This document shows positions 13,901-28,900 of a DNA stretch of 64,000 bases, in pieces. Source of the stretch: Ascidiella aspersa (taxonomy: Eukaryota); contig OZ004614.1 in NCBI GenBank assembly GCA_963924565.1, positions 3,844,001 to 3,908,000 of the forward strand, given 5' to 3'. Numbering within the stretch: the first letter of the stretch is position 1; every line of letters starts with the position of its first letter. The translations under genes and the position numbers were made by a program. The notes below the pieces were generated by a model that did not search any database, had not been told where the DNA came from, and saw only the letters and a list, made by a program, of their open reading frames with translations.

Positions 13901-16900
13901 AGCCTAATTGTTCAACTTAAGCAAAGAATTAGGCTAGTAGTAAATACCAAGATAGTTGTTTATATAATTACGGTCTTAAATATGCATTAGCCAACCAAGC
14001 CAAAGCCCAAAAACCATGGGCCACTTACGTGGTACAGCTTTGACACTCTTGTTTAAAAATGTTCCATATGCAGTTAAATTAAACAACAGCACGTTTGTGT
14101 TATCACGCAGTTAAGTAAACCATGGGGACTCAAATGTTATTAAATAAACTGTTTGTAAATATGCAAAATACTTCAATACAAGCAGGACTATTATCACGAC
14201 GCTATTCTAGCGTATAAATAAAAAGCTTGTGAGTCAGAACAGGTAGAATTAGTCAATGTATCTAGACTATACAGGAAATAAAAATTGGAGTTCAACCGCC
14301 TGATGTTGTGATTTTACCTTTGCGTCAGGCAAAAAAGCGGATATTTCCAGCCCACTATATAACCGACAGTAATCTTTCGCAGCGCATTTAATAACAAAAG
14401 TGCTACCTACTTCTGTATGGGCTTTAATAATAATCATTCAACGTCTTAGTACAACCAAACATTATGCTCAAAGGCAAAGAGATTTACGTTTCGCAGTTTA
14501 AAAGAAAATTTCGAAAAGTGTATGGAAAAAAGATGACTTCCGTGTACTCTCCAATACTTTCACAGAATTTGTTTGCCCTGTCATAAAAAACGGCAAAAAT
14601 GACTACCGCTCGTGTGTAAACTTCGTGTAAGGATTAACTGACCAAGCCAAGTCGTAAAGCCAGGAAGAACGCTCACACAGGCTGAAGTATGGATACCAAG
14701 GTTTCGCTGTGTGTGATAACGGAAGTACACAAATGAATGGGATATTTCGTCATGTTGTTAGTGAATGGCTGAAGTGCTTGCGTGCCAACAGGAGGTCTAT
14801 TCTAAAAGCGCCCTGGTCTGAATTTTATGCAAATGTTTGAAGTGTCGTTGAGCTGAACTGAGATACCCTAAGACTGATGGTCGCTTTATAGTCATGGTAG
14901 GGCAGGTATAGAGCATAGGCTAGGGTAAAAACGGGTTAGGTTACAGCTTTAAAAAGCAACCGACTCGCTTTTTTTTAGTCCAATATTTTGCCATTTTTGC
15001 ACCGATCTAACGTTTAACTCGACTTTGGGTATAAAGAAGGAAAACCTGGAGATTAAAGGCAGTTGTAGTGCCGCATTGAGTTTTAATATTTCACAGATTG
15101 CAGTCTCGTAGAAACGCCTATATTAGACACTTCAGTGTAAATCATTTAATTTGGTGGCCGTTTATTTCGGTTGGTTCGCTTACTGCATTCTGTATATAGA
15201 TTGACATTTGGTTAAAGATTTATTGACATTGGTTGTAAGAAAAATGTTGCTGAAAAATTAACAAAAATAGCGTAAGCAGTACGACCACCGAACTAATACT
15301 AATTTCAATCGAACTTATTAATGCTAATGTACAATGGTATATGTTTGCCCACGGCATGTTCAATGAAACGTATTGGGCAGCCAAAGCTTTGCTGTTATAT
15401 TTTCGATTAATATCTGGGTCGCCGCGTTTTGGAGAACGTTTCGGAGTCTTTATTCATTTTGAGTACATGATTTATATTGACTATGTGACCATGGTAAAAA
15501 ATGAAGCTTAATGGCTTCAAAGCTTTGACAAAACAAAGCTATATAGCAGTTGTGCTCAAACTGTGCATCGGTGCTCATAATGAAGCTTTAAAACAGCCGT
15601 ACAAACGTAACTGTCAACAGTCGAACTTCTGCGTTTAAAACTCATTAGCTTGCAAAAAATCGATCACTAAAATCCTACGAGGCCCCAGCAAGGATTCCAC
15701 TGACTGACAAAGATTGTTTTCCAAAGGTGCCGCGTTATAGGTTTTTAAACGTCAATACAAAAAAGTGAAGTGCCCAAAAGCTTCAGTCCACTGGCCGTCC
15801 GCCATTTCAGCAAGATGCCTCTGATGAAAAAACGACCGGGCAAGGTTGCCCCGGGCAACGGCAACAACAACGACAAACGGGCGGAAATACCCACCGGACG
15901 AAAGTCGAACGGACTTATCGGATTATTGAATAAACGCCAGACGGCGCCACGAAGTCCGCTCGCTTCGGCATCGCAAAACACGGAAGCGGAGTCTCACGGA
16001 CTCTCGCCCGAAACGCGGAATTGCGGACTCGATTCAAAGGAAAATGAGCGTTCGCTCGCCGGTTCGTCTCCGCAACTGCGTGAAAGCGAAAACAGGGAAC
16101 GCGGCAAATCCGCAAAGCGGTCCACGCGTCCGCTCTTTCGACCTTTTTCCGCCTTTTTGCCGGCGATGCGACGCGCCGCTGCAGGGAAGTCGAAAAAGCG
16201 CGCAAAGGGCGAGAAAAAGAACAAGGTAGATGCACGACTGCCGCACGGTGGCGCTGTTGTTGTGATTTTGTTAGTAAAAGGTTCTCTGAGGGGAGGGGGG
16301 GTGGGGGGGCAAGTGATGCTAGTTTTATTTTTTGACAAAAATAACTAAAGTCCAAGTAAAGCCATTTGAAAACAGTGGCGTAGACTTAAGTTGAATTGTT
16401 GACTGAAGTCATTACAACACTGGATATTGCATATAAACATGTATGTGGTTCTTGTTAAAAACAACAACAATTTATTCACTCTATTTTACTGGGTTCCTGT
16501 GTATATTTATGTGCATTTTAACAGAAAACATCACAATTTGATTTTTTACAAGGTTAAACTATAAAGGAAATATTGACAAAGTTTAAAACAAAAAATGCTG
16601 CTAGTTTCTTTGTGTTTCTCAGCCTTTCATGGCTAGCGGAACCTCTTAGAAATAATCAATAGATTGCCGAACCCCTATAAGATTTTCCAGTAGGTAAATC
16701 ACTAGAATGTCGCAATAAACAGAACTGGAACAACAAACATCAACTTTACACAGCGCAGGAAGTTATAGTTGGATTTATTCCACTATAGTCTTACACGAAA
16801 ACGTGTAAGATTTGAATAAAAATCAGATACTTAAAGATTCCAAAATAGGTCACGGCACCCCTTAGGATTAGAAATGGCACCCCGGTTGAAAACCACTGTT

Positions 16901-19900
16901 CTAGCCGATGACGCCACGACCAAAGACTTAAAATATATAGAGATTGCAAAGTTGAAACATAAAACAGACGCAAACATATGAATCAGCCCAACCCCTAAAA
17001 ATTATTTTCCAATTTTAGAATTTCCAGCAGGTTGTAAATTGTGGTTGGATCACCCGCCACAAAAAATGTGGGACAAATTGACATGTCGGTAATACTCCGA
17101 CAACGTATCGATGATGCACATTGCATTGTGCTTCTGGGCAGCAATTGTTACACACTCTGATAAAATCCCTGCAAAGAAGTTTTGTGAGAATATTTTAGCG
17201 GACAAATTTCTGTCTATACTTGATCACGAAATTGTATATCTATGAATGTTTAAAGTCGGAATTATTAGCACACCAATCTAAAAAAATAGCTTAAAGAATC
17301 TTCAATAACTGTAAAATCAAACCCTGTAAAATCTAAGGATGACTAGTTTTATGAAAGACACACACATACACACATATTTATCGAATGATACGGTACTATT
17401 GAACCTTTTTTTGCTTGTTCCAGGTTCGAAAGAGCAGATTGTTCGGCGGGAACTCAACAGCGCCGACAGTGGAAGTTACTCAGGCGGAAAGCGACCGTCA
17501 ACTTTTGGAAGGTCAGATTTAGGAATTAGTTTTTTCAAAAAAGAATCTCACTGAGCGAATAATCTGAAGTTACCTATTTTTGCCAAAAAAATTCTTTGAA
17601 TATTTTAAAGAAACGAGTTTAATTAAAAATAAAACGTTTTATCACTGAATGTGTATATACTCTATTTTTCTTAAATCATCAGAATATTTCTGAAAGTCAA
17701 TTTGTTTTGTGACGTCATTTTTGAAATTTTGGCCCAAACCGGATAGCTTTCGTAAAGGTGGTTACCGAAATCAGTCAGTCTAATCAGGATTGCAGTGGAA
17801 GCTAGGTCAGGCTTGAAAACAACTATGGCCTGCGGTGGGGTTCGAACTCACGACGTCGGAAATACATAAACTCGATTAATTAATATGAATATGTCGTAAT
17901 CGCTGATTCGCTGGTCAGTACGTTTTTAGGAGGCCCTTTATCGGTTGGTTGTGAACAGAAAATGTTATTATATTGTTGTGTTCATATAGACATATTTGGT
18001 ACACTATAAACTAATCTGTAACGTAGCTTGATAAGGAATAAGCCAAAAGAGTCGAGTAAATCGACATCAGTTTTACAAAGACATTTTGTTTCACACTTCG
18101 TCGGGTATACCTTGGTTTGAAGCAGATAAGAAAAGTATGCAAAAATTAAATTTCAAAGTATTTTGTGTAAAAAGGCCAAGTTATATACCGCAATTCTAGA
18201 TTTTAAACGCAATAAATATTGTTGGATGAGAAATAACTGTCTTAAAGCATACTTTCAATTGTAGTGTGTTCAGTAAATTTAATTTGCAAATACACTTTGC
18301 TTCAACCTAAACACCACATTTATCACCCAGCGCTCTGATGTTTAGTTTTTCCGGCGGATCTTCGAAATAAAGAATACAAAACGTTTTTTTAGCTCTAACA
18401 TTCACCAACAGAAATTAAAACGTAAGATTCTTAGAACCTTATAGCTTGCCCACCTTGTACGTTACGTACGCGTTATTTTGGGCTGAATGTGTTAAGGTAC
18501 ATTGCCAATGTATGGCGTTAAATTAGGTTAAGAGCCTTTTCACAGCAAGGCAAACGCGACCTGGAACATATAAAGTTGTTCCCAATCAGCTATTCATGGA
18601 TCATGGGTTTGTTCGCCAATTTTAAACTTATCAGAAACGCGATTCAGAAGAATTTAACCAATAAATAGGACGGGTAGAAAAATGACTAGAAAATCGTGCC
18701 TTCAATAAGACGTTTTAATGCAACGTTCTGCTGTTACAATGCAAGATTTGGTTACACGGAAAAGTGTTTGGTTGATTTAAGTAAGTTTTGACTGTGCTAG
18801 CAAACTGGTATTATGGTTGAAAACAATTAAGGATTAGTTGGTAAGCGTTATATTTCAGTTATAAGGCAATTTGTTTCAAAAGAACAAGTGGTAAAGTAGC
18901 TTAAATTCGTGGTATAAAAGGCATAAGTATAGTCACGCATAATTGCCTACTAACGGGTAGACATGTAAACCAATGGGTTAAAAGTATGGTTACCCAAAAA
19001 TATCGGTTTGGAGCCGATACAGGAGGCCAAGTGGTAACACCGAAACTCATCCGATATGAGGGTGGTATGGGTGCTGATCCGATACCAAAATGACTTATCG
19101 GTATGTAAATAAAATACCAAGCATCGTTCATGCGTGGTAAGCAGTAGAAACAAAAAATACTTAACAAGAGTGCCGGCCTTTTTTCAAATTGGCCACGCAG
19201 GAGGCCAGACGGGAGGCGCGATATTGATACGTACTACGGGGTAGGCGTCGATTTCCTAAACAAAGGCGAGTTATGTTACACGATATGTTTTGGCCATAAC
19301 ACGCCTGTTCAAAGCATTGCTGGTGCAGAGATTTTGCCATGTTATCGAGGGACAAAGTGTCACGTCAATGAAAGGTTTGTGAGCTATAAGAACGCTCTGC
19401 TACAAGTTAAGCATAATGTAGTTGGCTTCGGTTGTTCTGTGATTATACATCGATGCGCTCTGTGCAGTTTTATAATGTTGTGACTTTGAAAAAAGGTTAA
19501 GTTTAAATTTGAAATAGAATTGAAAAAGTTTAAACATAATGCGAATGTCAAAGAGCAGTTAGCCTTAAGTCGGTTGGAAATCTTAGGCAAAACGGAACTT
19601 ATGTGGTGCATTTAATAAAGGCATTTTAAAAGTATTATTATTGGAAAGTTAGGGACCTCAAATTTGTCTTTTTACTTTTTCGAATTTTTGTTTTCATTTT
19701 TTCCGGAAATTGCTTTTTGTCTCTGTAGTGGACCGATTGGGTTCGAAAAGTTAGATGTAGTAGGACAGGGGTTCTTAAACTGGGGTCCATGGACCCCTCA
19801 GGGGTCCGTGTACTAGTTTTAGGGGGTCCGCGAAGACCAAATTGAAATATTCGTATATATTTAGGAAGTAATAAATTTTTCTAGAGAAAGAGTTTAATTA

Positions 19901-22900
19901 AAAATAAAACATTTTTGCACTGAATGTCTCTGTTTCTATTTTCCTTTTCACATTTTGTGGACCTAAAACTGCGGATTTCTACAGTCTATTTGTATTGTGA
20001 CGTCGATTCATGACGTCATTTCTATTAAATTTCCTGCTTACTGTGGTCCACGTGAAGCAAAAACAATTTTTTTGAAAAAAAGTTTAAGAACCCCTGTAGT
20101 AGGAGCATCAAAGTTAATATACTGTACAGTAAAAGCAGGTAGCATTTTTAGCGTTTTGAATATCTCGTTACTCATTTTGATAGGCAATAGCCTACAGCAA
20201 AGTATGCTATGTTTATCTTAATTTTTCTTCGCTGTTACGAAAATAATATTATGCTCGCTATCTTAGGATGCACTTCGACGCTTTTAAGGCAATATGAAGT
20301 GCATTTGGACGTAAAACGAACGGTCCGTTGTAAATATAGTTCCTTTTATTGCAACTAGCGCTATTTCGCCAGAAGTGTGTGTTTTACTACATTACTTTTC
20401 AATTAACAAAACACGACTTGGGAATGTCTGGTTGTTTTTGTCAAACAACTGTACTTCAAAAATAGCGCGTTTAGAACAATATTTTAGTTTTTTTAAAAAG
20501 TATTCTTTAAAGCAAATCTGGGTTTTGCAACCTTTACGGCAAAGTCAACAACATTTGTTTTTCCTGCATTTTAACGAAATTCAACCAAGATTAACGGAAT
20601 TTGTGAGCATTTTTAACGCAATCGATTAGTTAAACACAAAATTGACGATTGTATCAAAACGAAAGTAATTTTAATGTCATTTTCGGCTGTTTTTATTACT
20701 AGAAGAGCACGTCTTAGTCAATTTTACGCTTTTACAAGCAGATATTTTTGACGTCGTTCTTCAAATATTTGCACCGTTTGTTTAAAAATAAATTTTAAAT
20801 TGCGATTTTATTAAAGTGTCGATATACAGTTTCACTTTATTTCGCCTGTAGCTCTATTTTTGTCTAAAAAATATAAGATTTATTATCGTGACGCACACTA
20901 CACAGGCAAACACCTATTTTTTTTAGAAAATCTTGCTTTTGTAAACAAAGCGATTTTCGGCTTGCAAAGATGGCCTGAATATTTATATATTTGGTGGCGA
21001 TTTATGTACTAAGGTAAATGACCTATTGTTTCAAAAGCCTAACTATTGATTTGAGCGCAGGCAGCGACCGACACTGTTGAAAACAATTATGGTGTTTATT
21101 ATATGTTTATTATTTCTGTTTATACTTGATATTTAAAAGGCGGGTCAAACTGTTCTGGCCGAGTAACGTCTGGTGGCTTTTACTGAAATCGCGTAAAAAA
21201 TACGTTTATTTAAGACGAAATACGAAAAAAACTTTTCTCCCAGTGCTTTCAGTCGGTTTAATTTGACAACTTGACAACGAAAGGATACAATTTATGCCCC
21301 ACTCGTGACATTACATCTCCGAAAGGAAGTTGCTGTTTCTCAGCCCATTGGTCGCGGCCAAAGATTGTGTCTCGTTTGATTTGGTTTGGTTTGGTCACCA
21401 ACTGCAGTAAATTCAAGGTTAGGTTTATTGGAATTCGTTTCGTCCAAGATTTCTCGAATACCTGAGAAAAATGCGGAAAGCAATACGAAGATGGCTCGTG
21501 AAAATTAAGCTTAAACCTATTTGGGTCGCCGCGAATAAAAGTTGAGAACCACAGCCCTAACGCAATGTTAAATAATCAAACTATTTGATAATAAATCAAC
21601 GATGTTGACCACTGCAATAGGCGACCCATATGAATTAGGCGGCTCCAATTTTGAACACTCATGGGTTAAAAACCACTGCCTTTAGGCAGAGATAAATATT
21701 CAAACGTATTTGACAATAAATCTAACGATGTTGAATACTGCAATCGGCGATTCGGCCCATTGTATATAGCGCCAAACACTGCCTAACGCTAAAATATTTT
21801 TAACAGCATATGTTGAGTCACACTGCTACAACGCAAAGTTAAATAATCAAACGTATATGATTATAAATCTAATGGTGTTAAATACTGCAATCGGCGATCA
21901 GGTCCATTGTATATAGTGCCTTGGGATTGAGAACAGTGCCTAACGCTAAAAAGTGATTAAATCAACAACGCTGTACAGCCTTAAACTTGTGGCATGTTCA
22001 GGTACAGGGAAAACACTGAATATACAAGGTTTGCCTCTTGCCAGCAGTTGCAGCCACCCACACGTGTACTTGTGTGTATGACTGTAGGTTCATGAGAAAA
22101 TCGTCGCCTTTCGTATACGCGCGCCCCTTTAGAAGCCACGTCGCTTATTTGTGGAAGACAGCTTGATAATATGTCCACGTTTGTCAAAAGTACAGCTCTG
22201 TTGTCGTGACACGGTTCGCAGAAATAGGTTAGAGAACCAAAGGAAAGCATGCAGCTCGAATTTTCATTAGTATTTTTTTGGAAAAGTCTGATTGCTGGAT
22301 AAGTTAGGATTGAGTAATGTGTAAAAATTTCTAAACGATATCTTGTGCACTTCCGGAGATATTACAGGATAAAATTTTGAGCTACATGTTTCCCTTTGGT
22401 GGTTGGATGCCAGTAACAACTAGTCAAGATCAGCCAGTGTCACTTCCATAAATGTTAATACTTAGCAAGCACTTTTAATGAGCATATAAATTTTCAGGCG
22501 GAGCGTCTCTATCGGGTAAAACAAGCCACTAATCCTAAATCGTACAATTGATCAGCAGTGTTACCTTATTATAAAGTTTACGATCAGTCAACACATGTGA
22601 TTAAAGGCTAAAAAACATGCAAAAACACAACCAGCCAAAGCATGTTTCGTAAAGTATGCCAGCAAACGTAAATCCGCAGCCTTGTTTTTCAGAATCGATA
22701 GCACACAAACGTGATTAAAGTCGTCTTTAAAAATAGAACGTTTGGGTAGGTAGAGCTAGGGTAGAGAGAGATTGTCAGGTCACGTACAACAGCAAACGCA
22801 GGCCTTTTCATCCGCTTAAAAGCGACTGCGACATGCGGGGAAACAGCATTTCAAAGGAAGCAGTAGATGAGAAGCGAGTTTCACGGTGTTGTCTATGTTT

Positions 22901-25900
22901 GCACCTGAACAGACTGTTTTTAGATTACAGCAAGTTTAAAAGTTGTTGTAAGACGATGGATCTTAACCCGAAGGTTACCCATAAGGGATAGTTTGACAAA
23001 GTATATCAGCCTACCCCCGAAAGAGTTTTTGACAAACCAAAGGGTAGTTTTGACATAGTAGGAGATGTTTGTTTGACTGAAAGCAAAATGTAGTAGCCCA
23101 GTCTTTTCGATTGTCTGAATTTTTAATGCTCAACGTATATATAGGAATCAAACTAATCAAGTTTATTTCAGAGCTTACAAAACTAAAAAGGTTAAGAACC
23201 GCTGTTTTGAAACGTTAATTTGTGCAAAAATTTTGGGGAGTTATAGAAGTTTTGACGCAAAGAAAAGGGTTGAACGAATGTAAACCCAATTCCAAATTTC
23301 TTACAAAGAAACCTTTCTGTCAACAGTGACATCCGATTGCAGTTTTTAAATTGAAAAAAGAATACGATGTCAAATTCCAAGTTTTGTTGTAATTACCATC
23401 GTTTTGAGTCGCTTTTTGCTGCAAAGTTAGGGGACGTAAAACGTAAGCAAGTATAGGCCTATGTTTGCGCTGCAAAATCTTTGCACTGCTTTCGTGTCAC
23501 GTTTGCGAGTTAAAACAAAAACAGACAGTTTTTCATAACAAGCAATGTCCGTTAGCCAGAGAGACTGATAAAAAATTCAAATGCCAGGTCGCAATGTTGC
23601 CAGGAGCTTTTTGGACCAGTCGTGAAAAAATTGACAAGCGAATTTTAATTTAAAAGTATTTTACTAGCAAGTAACTCGTGGGATTGCGTGTGTCTTGTGT
23701 AAATAACGCTGGCCGTAATAAAAATCTTGCCTTCATGCGTGTAGTAGCGATTGAAAAATGACTACTCAGACTACTACGTATAGGGAACCATTTTGCTTTT
23801 TAAATCCCAGTACAAGTCGTCGTTCGACCTAAAACTCCCCTCCCCCAACACATCGGAAGCTTAGGCTAAATAAACGGGAAAAGCTAGGATACTAAATAAG
23901 TGTCAATAACCCAAGTCAAGCAACGTTATCTTGGGCAGCTAAGCTCCTGTTGGTAATGACATTATGCTTTTAGATATCAATCATTAACTTTATTGCAGTT
24001 TTCAATATCTGTATAGGATGGTGTTATCCGTACTTTAAGGCTCATTTTACAGTTGTAAAACATTTAAAACAACAACAAACGTTAGAATTGAATAGAGAAA
24101 CGCTACTTGGTCTATAATCGCGAATATGTTGTTGTTGTTGTTGGAAAACGGACATTATTGTTTACACCCTGCAAATTTTCAAATGTGTATCGCTGTGGCT
24201 AAGGCCAGTTTAACTGACAGCAACCCAACATATTTCAGTATATTTGAATCCACGAGCAGCCTATTTCAATAGGGCGACGCAGCGGTGCTGCAATTTCGCA
24301 CAGCGCAATTCAACGTACGGCCCTAACATGTCATTAAGCAATCCCGCACGGCATGATTGGCTGTACACACGGGTATCTACTGCTACTCTGTTGGTGCCTC
24401 TGCTGCTGTGAAAGACTCTAAGGGAAATTAACGCACGCCGTAGCTTCCTGTAAGCAAGCTAGACCAACTCGTGTTTTGATGCTTTCGAGGCTGTTTTACG
24501 CTGCTGGGAAATTGCTGGGCGGTCTGCGGGTGTTAAAAAGTTGCTCTTTTTTGCTATACATGCTGTGTTGGTGGAGTTTAGATAGCGCTTTAAACTAACT
24601 ATGGTGCCGTATTTCTAGTGGGATGAGTCCCGATTGTGAATATGCGAAATGACGCGTTGTCTAATGATGCAAAGTTTCAAAAAGCTTAGTTTGTTTCAGA
24701 ATGGTTAATGTTGAATTCTATTTTTGTCAGCCGCACAAAGCAAAAAGGTCGGGTAGCCTAGGCTTATACATAAAGTAAAAGGTTAGAATCCGCCTACTAT
24801 ATTACTGAAGTTCAGAATAAAAACGTCATAAATGACCGAAGAATAACTATTTTTATGCCTTTTTCGACGATATTCTTTTTCGACGATATTCAGGTTTAGC
24901 AAAAAAGGCAACTACCCAAATGTTTTTTTGGAACCCATTCAGTGAAATAACGTATGCGATCGAATTAAAATCGTTGCAGACCCTGTCAGACGTTAATTGC
25001 TATTATTGCAGCGTAAAGATTGTTAAAACGTTTAAAAAATAAACTATTTCATGTAAAACCTAAAATAAGTTTTGAACTTTGATCAAAAAGTTTAAAATCA
25101 GCCGCAAAGTTTAACGTGGATGAATTGGTCTCACTAGCAATTTAACCAAACTAATAATAACAATCGAAAATGTTTTATTTCCCATTGGCTCTACCGTCTC
25201 ATGTCCCTAAGGTTCACAAAATAATTAACCAAGAAATGTAACTTTCTAAATTCTAATCTCTTACAGTGAATATAGTAGGTGGTCGAATTGAAACCGTAGC
25301 AGACAGTTGTCTGCGGCATTGTGCTTGCCGTTGTATTTGCTTGGCGCTGCTAACTCAGCTGACCTACAAGACGTTTCTCCTTAGATATGGAGGCGGCGGT
25401 AAATTCGAGCGCCGTTCAACCCAACCTTAACAACACGGCAGCCTACGATAAGATTGCAGCGCGGCCTAAAAACAGAAGAGGCAACAAACGACCACGAAAA
25501 GCAAAGGTTGGTGTTGTTTTGAGTTTAATAATAATCAATGACATGTCATTTAAGTCCCTGTTTTTACGATATGACTTGAATTGACTTAAAATGTAGGACT
25601 ACGTTGGTCTAAATGACTCATCTTGATTTTAGTAGTTTGGGCAAAATGACTTGACTTGGACTTCCACTTTCCATTTGCTACTGGGATGAAATAAATACGG
25701 GAAAATAAATATAATAGTAATACTTAAAACGCTGATGTTTAGATATTTAGGCAGATCACAGTGTGTAAAATAAACCAAAGTGTTTGGAATTAAAGTAAAA
25801 TGGGGTGATGTTCTAGAATCCTACCAAATCGTTCAAACAATTGTTAAATCAACACACAATGTTTGGGTAAGGGTGCGTTTAGTGTTTGGGTGGGTTAAGT

Positions 25901-28900
25901 ATTATTATATTTAATAATAACGCTAAACCTACCTAAACTTAAACGCCTACCCACACACTAACTCAACTAATATTCGCTGTTGTAGAATTCTAGACCAGCG
26001 CCATTTAAATGGTTTATTTACTATAATTATAGAGGTAAAAATTTGCCTACCATTTGATATACTTTTAATGTTTGGTAAGCAAAACATTACTTGCATCGCA
26101 ATGAATTTACTAATTTTAATAGTTCAAGTTTAAATGCCAATGATATTAACCTGGGAATTGACCTAAATTATGTAACTGGTGACTTGGTTTGCGACCTGGA
26201 ATTGACTTAACCAATGATTTGGCCTGCGATTTTTAAAAGTTTGTTATATATCCTAATCCTTCTTGTTTTTCACCAAATTCTTATTAAGTTGGGGTTTATG
26301 GCTCATCCTATTTTCAGCTGTTTTAAAATCCATGCTTTTTAAATGCTTGAAAATAAAGTTAAAACTAGATAATAGTTGGCACAAAGACAAATCTCGATTA
26401 AATTAGATGCTAAGAAAAAGCTGTAAATTCAAAATCCGAACGTTAAAATATTGCAACTAAACCTTTTGAAGTTTATTGCGGTCACTACATTTAGTTGTTT
26501 TTTCATTATTAATAAGTGACAGCTCCTGGTGCTATTAATATGTGTGTGCAATACTGTTGTTTAGTACAAAATCAGAGAATCCAGATTACAGTATTGCGTT
26601 TGTCTTTGTGTGATTAGTATTAAACCCATTAATGTTTTTATCAAAATGACAAATTAATAAAAATAAACCTTTAAAATGGATTTTCAGAGACCTGCGTCTA
26701 CAGGATCGGAATTGTCAACAGATCTTGCTTTTTGGGATAGAAATAACGATGTGTTCGATAAGTTCGAAACACCATCAAAACGAGCAGCAGGTTGTAAAAA
26801 CATTATTTAAAACATTTCTTTGAATAAAAATGGTTAAATTTCTTATTAAGAAGAAATGCTAGGGTGCTGGCCTAGAATCCTAACCCTTTCGGTTAAAGTA
26901 ACAAAACAAGTTGTCAAAAATTATAAAAGCAAGGCAGAAATAAATATGGGAGAATAAATATAACTTTATTACTTGACCAATCCAAATGCTAACTCGCCCC
27001 CTAACCCGAAGAATGTAGAAATATAATCCCCTGCCCCCACGGAAGAAAATGCAGTACAATTCGACACCAGTGCCAAAAATAGATTTAGAAATGTCACATA
27101 AGCAGCTTTGTGCCATTTTAGTCACTTTGTTTTTTGCTTCTGTACTATTTACCCGATTACCCTTTTGTTGACAAGTCATGTGCACCAATCATAAATGGCG
27201 GGCATTTGCAAAGCTAACCTGCTTAGTGCCAGTGGTTTCCAAACTTTATTGATTTTTTGTGAACACTACTCGACCAAAGATACAGTAAACTAGTATAAAA
27301 ATATGTGATTTTTTAGTAAATTTAGCCAGTTCTTAGCAAACAATTTAAAATAATATGATGGCTTTAATAACTGCTAAAACTGTATATGATGCAATAATTC
27401 AGTATATATTACGATGAAACAAAGTTAAATCGTCGAAAAGCAAAGGCATAAAAAAACTTCATAGATTCAACAGTGCAATTTTGACTCCATTTAATACTTA
27501 CCTTTGAGGCCCATTTTTTACCCTTCATGACCCATACCGTGGAAACCACTGAGGCTAGTGCAAGTCAAAATTTGAATAGATTGTATGTCAAAAGTTTTGC
27601 CACACTTTTCCAAGAAATTGCCTGACTGTTTTTAAATGGAGCATACATATAGCCATCTAGTGTAGGAAATTGGATACAATTTTCAGACTATTTGCTTTTT
27701 TTAAACAAGCTACTTCACAAAAAATTTAGTTTGAGAAGAGGTTTGGTATTCAAGTAGCCTATCATGTCACTTAAATTGGTTAAAATGCTAGGCAAACACT
27801 TAACAGCCGTTTTGTGTTGGGGAACAGTTGCAGTGCTGTAGAGGAAATGACATCACAATGTAAGCAACACGCAATCAATGAAAAACTAGGCCCTATTATT
27901 GCAGAAATTTCATGATATTTGTTACTATTTAGGGTTAAAAATGCAACATTTTTTAGAAATTTATTTCTATGTTGAATAAGCAATGTACTGAAATGTAAGC
28001 ATATTATTAATTTGCTATTGTGTGAAAAATACAAGTTAATATGGAATGTATTTCACAATAAACATATATACCGGTATACATTTTAAACACAAGAAAAATC
28101 TAGTCAATTGAGGTATTTACAACAATAGTCCTTTAGTAATAAATATATTTTTGTCAGGCAATTTTAATTTTTTTAATTATTGACAGTGGTATTTTATGTT
28201 TTTATCAAATATAATCCTAATTTTACTTGACCTAAATTCTTTTATATATATAATCAATTTATACTCTTATAATCATTATATTGTATTTACAGCAAGAGTG
28301 CTTTATGAATAAATATGATTTTTTTTTTTTTGAAAAAAATTGTCTTGCATTGAAAACAGAAATTAGTGTTGTTTTTTTTTTTGACTTACAGTTTTTCATC
28401 TTGTTTAAATTATTTTTAATTTTTAGGATCTAAAACAGAAGTGCCGAGTGCAAAATCAAGAAACAGCCTCCTCAAAGAGGAACAGCCACCTGAAGAAGCT
28501 GACCGCAAAAGCGTCAAGAAAGCGCATTCCTTCAAGGGCCCAAGCGTTCTGCCTTCGCTGGATGACATGAAGCACATAAAGCTGAGGAAAACACCATCAA
28601 AGTCAAATGAAAATGATGTGACGGTTAATTCACCAAAATCTTCCCAGGTTGCTCCGTCACCAAAGCCAAGGTGGAATAAAACCGCCAACAATTCATTGTT
28701 TTCGTCAAGTAAAGTCGAACCTAAGCTTGAAGCGGAGAATTTGAAGTCCGTTTCAAAAGTTAACAAAGAAAAACTCGATTCGCCACCCAAAGTCAACACA
28801 AATAAACCATCATCATCGCTGGTTAAAAAGAACTCTGACAAAGAGGTGAAATCTACTTCTGTGGTAAGAAGTAATTCGAATCAAACCAGTGAAAGCAAAC

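Noticed and set aside
15745-16355. Overlapping minus-strand ORFs
   Set aside because: They are shadows of the GC-rich alternative exon, with no recognisable product.
17834-17853. tRNA-like GTTCGAA motif
   Set aside because: Only a T-arm fragment inside a repeat. No cloverleaf can be formed.
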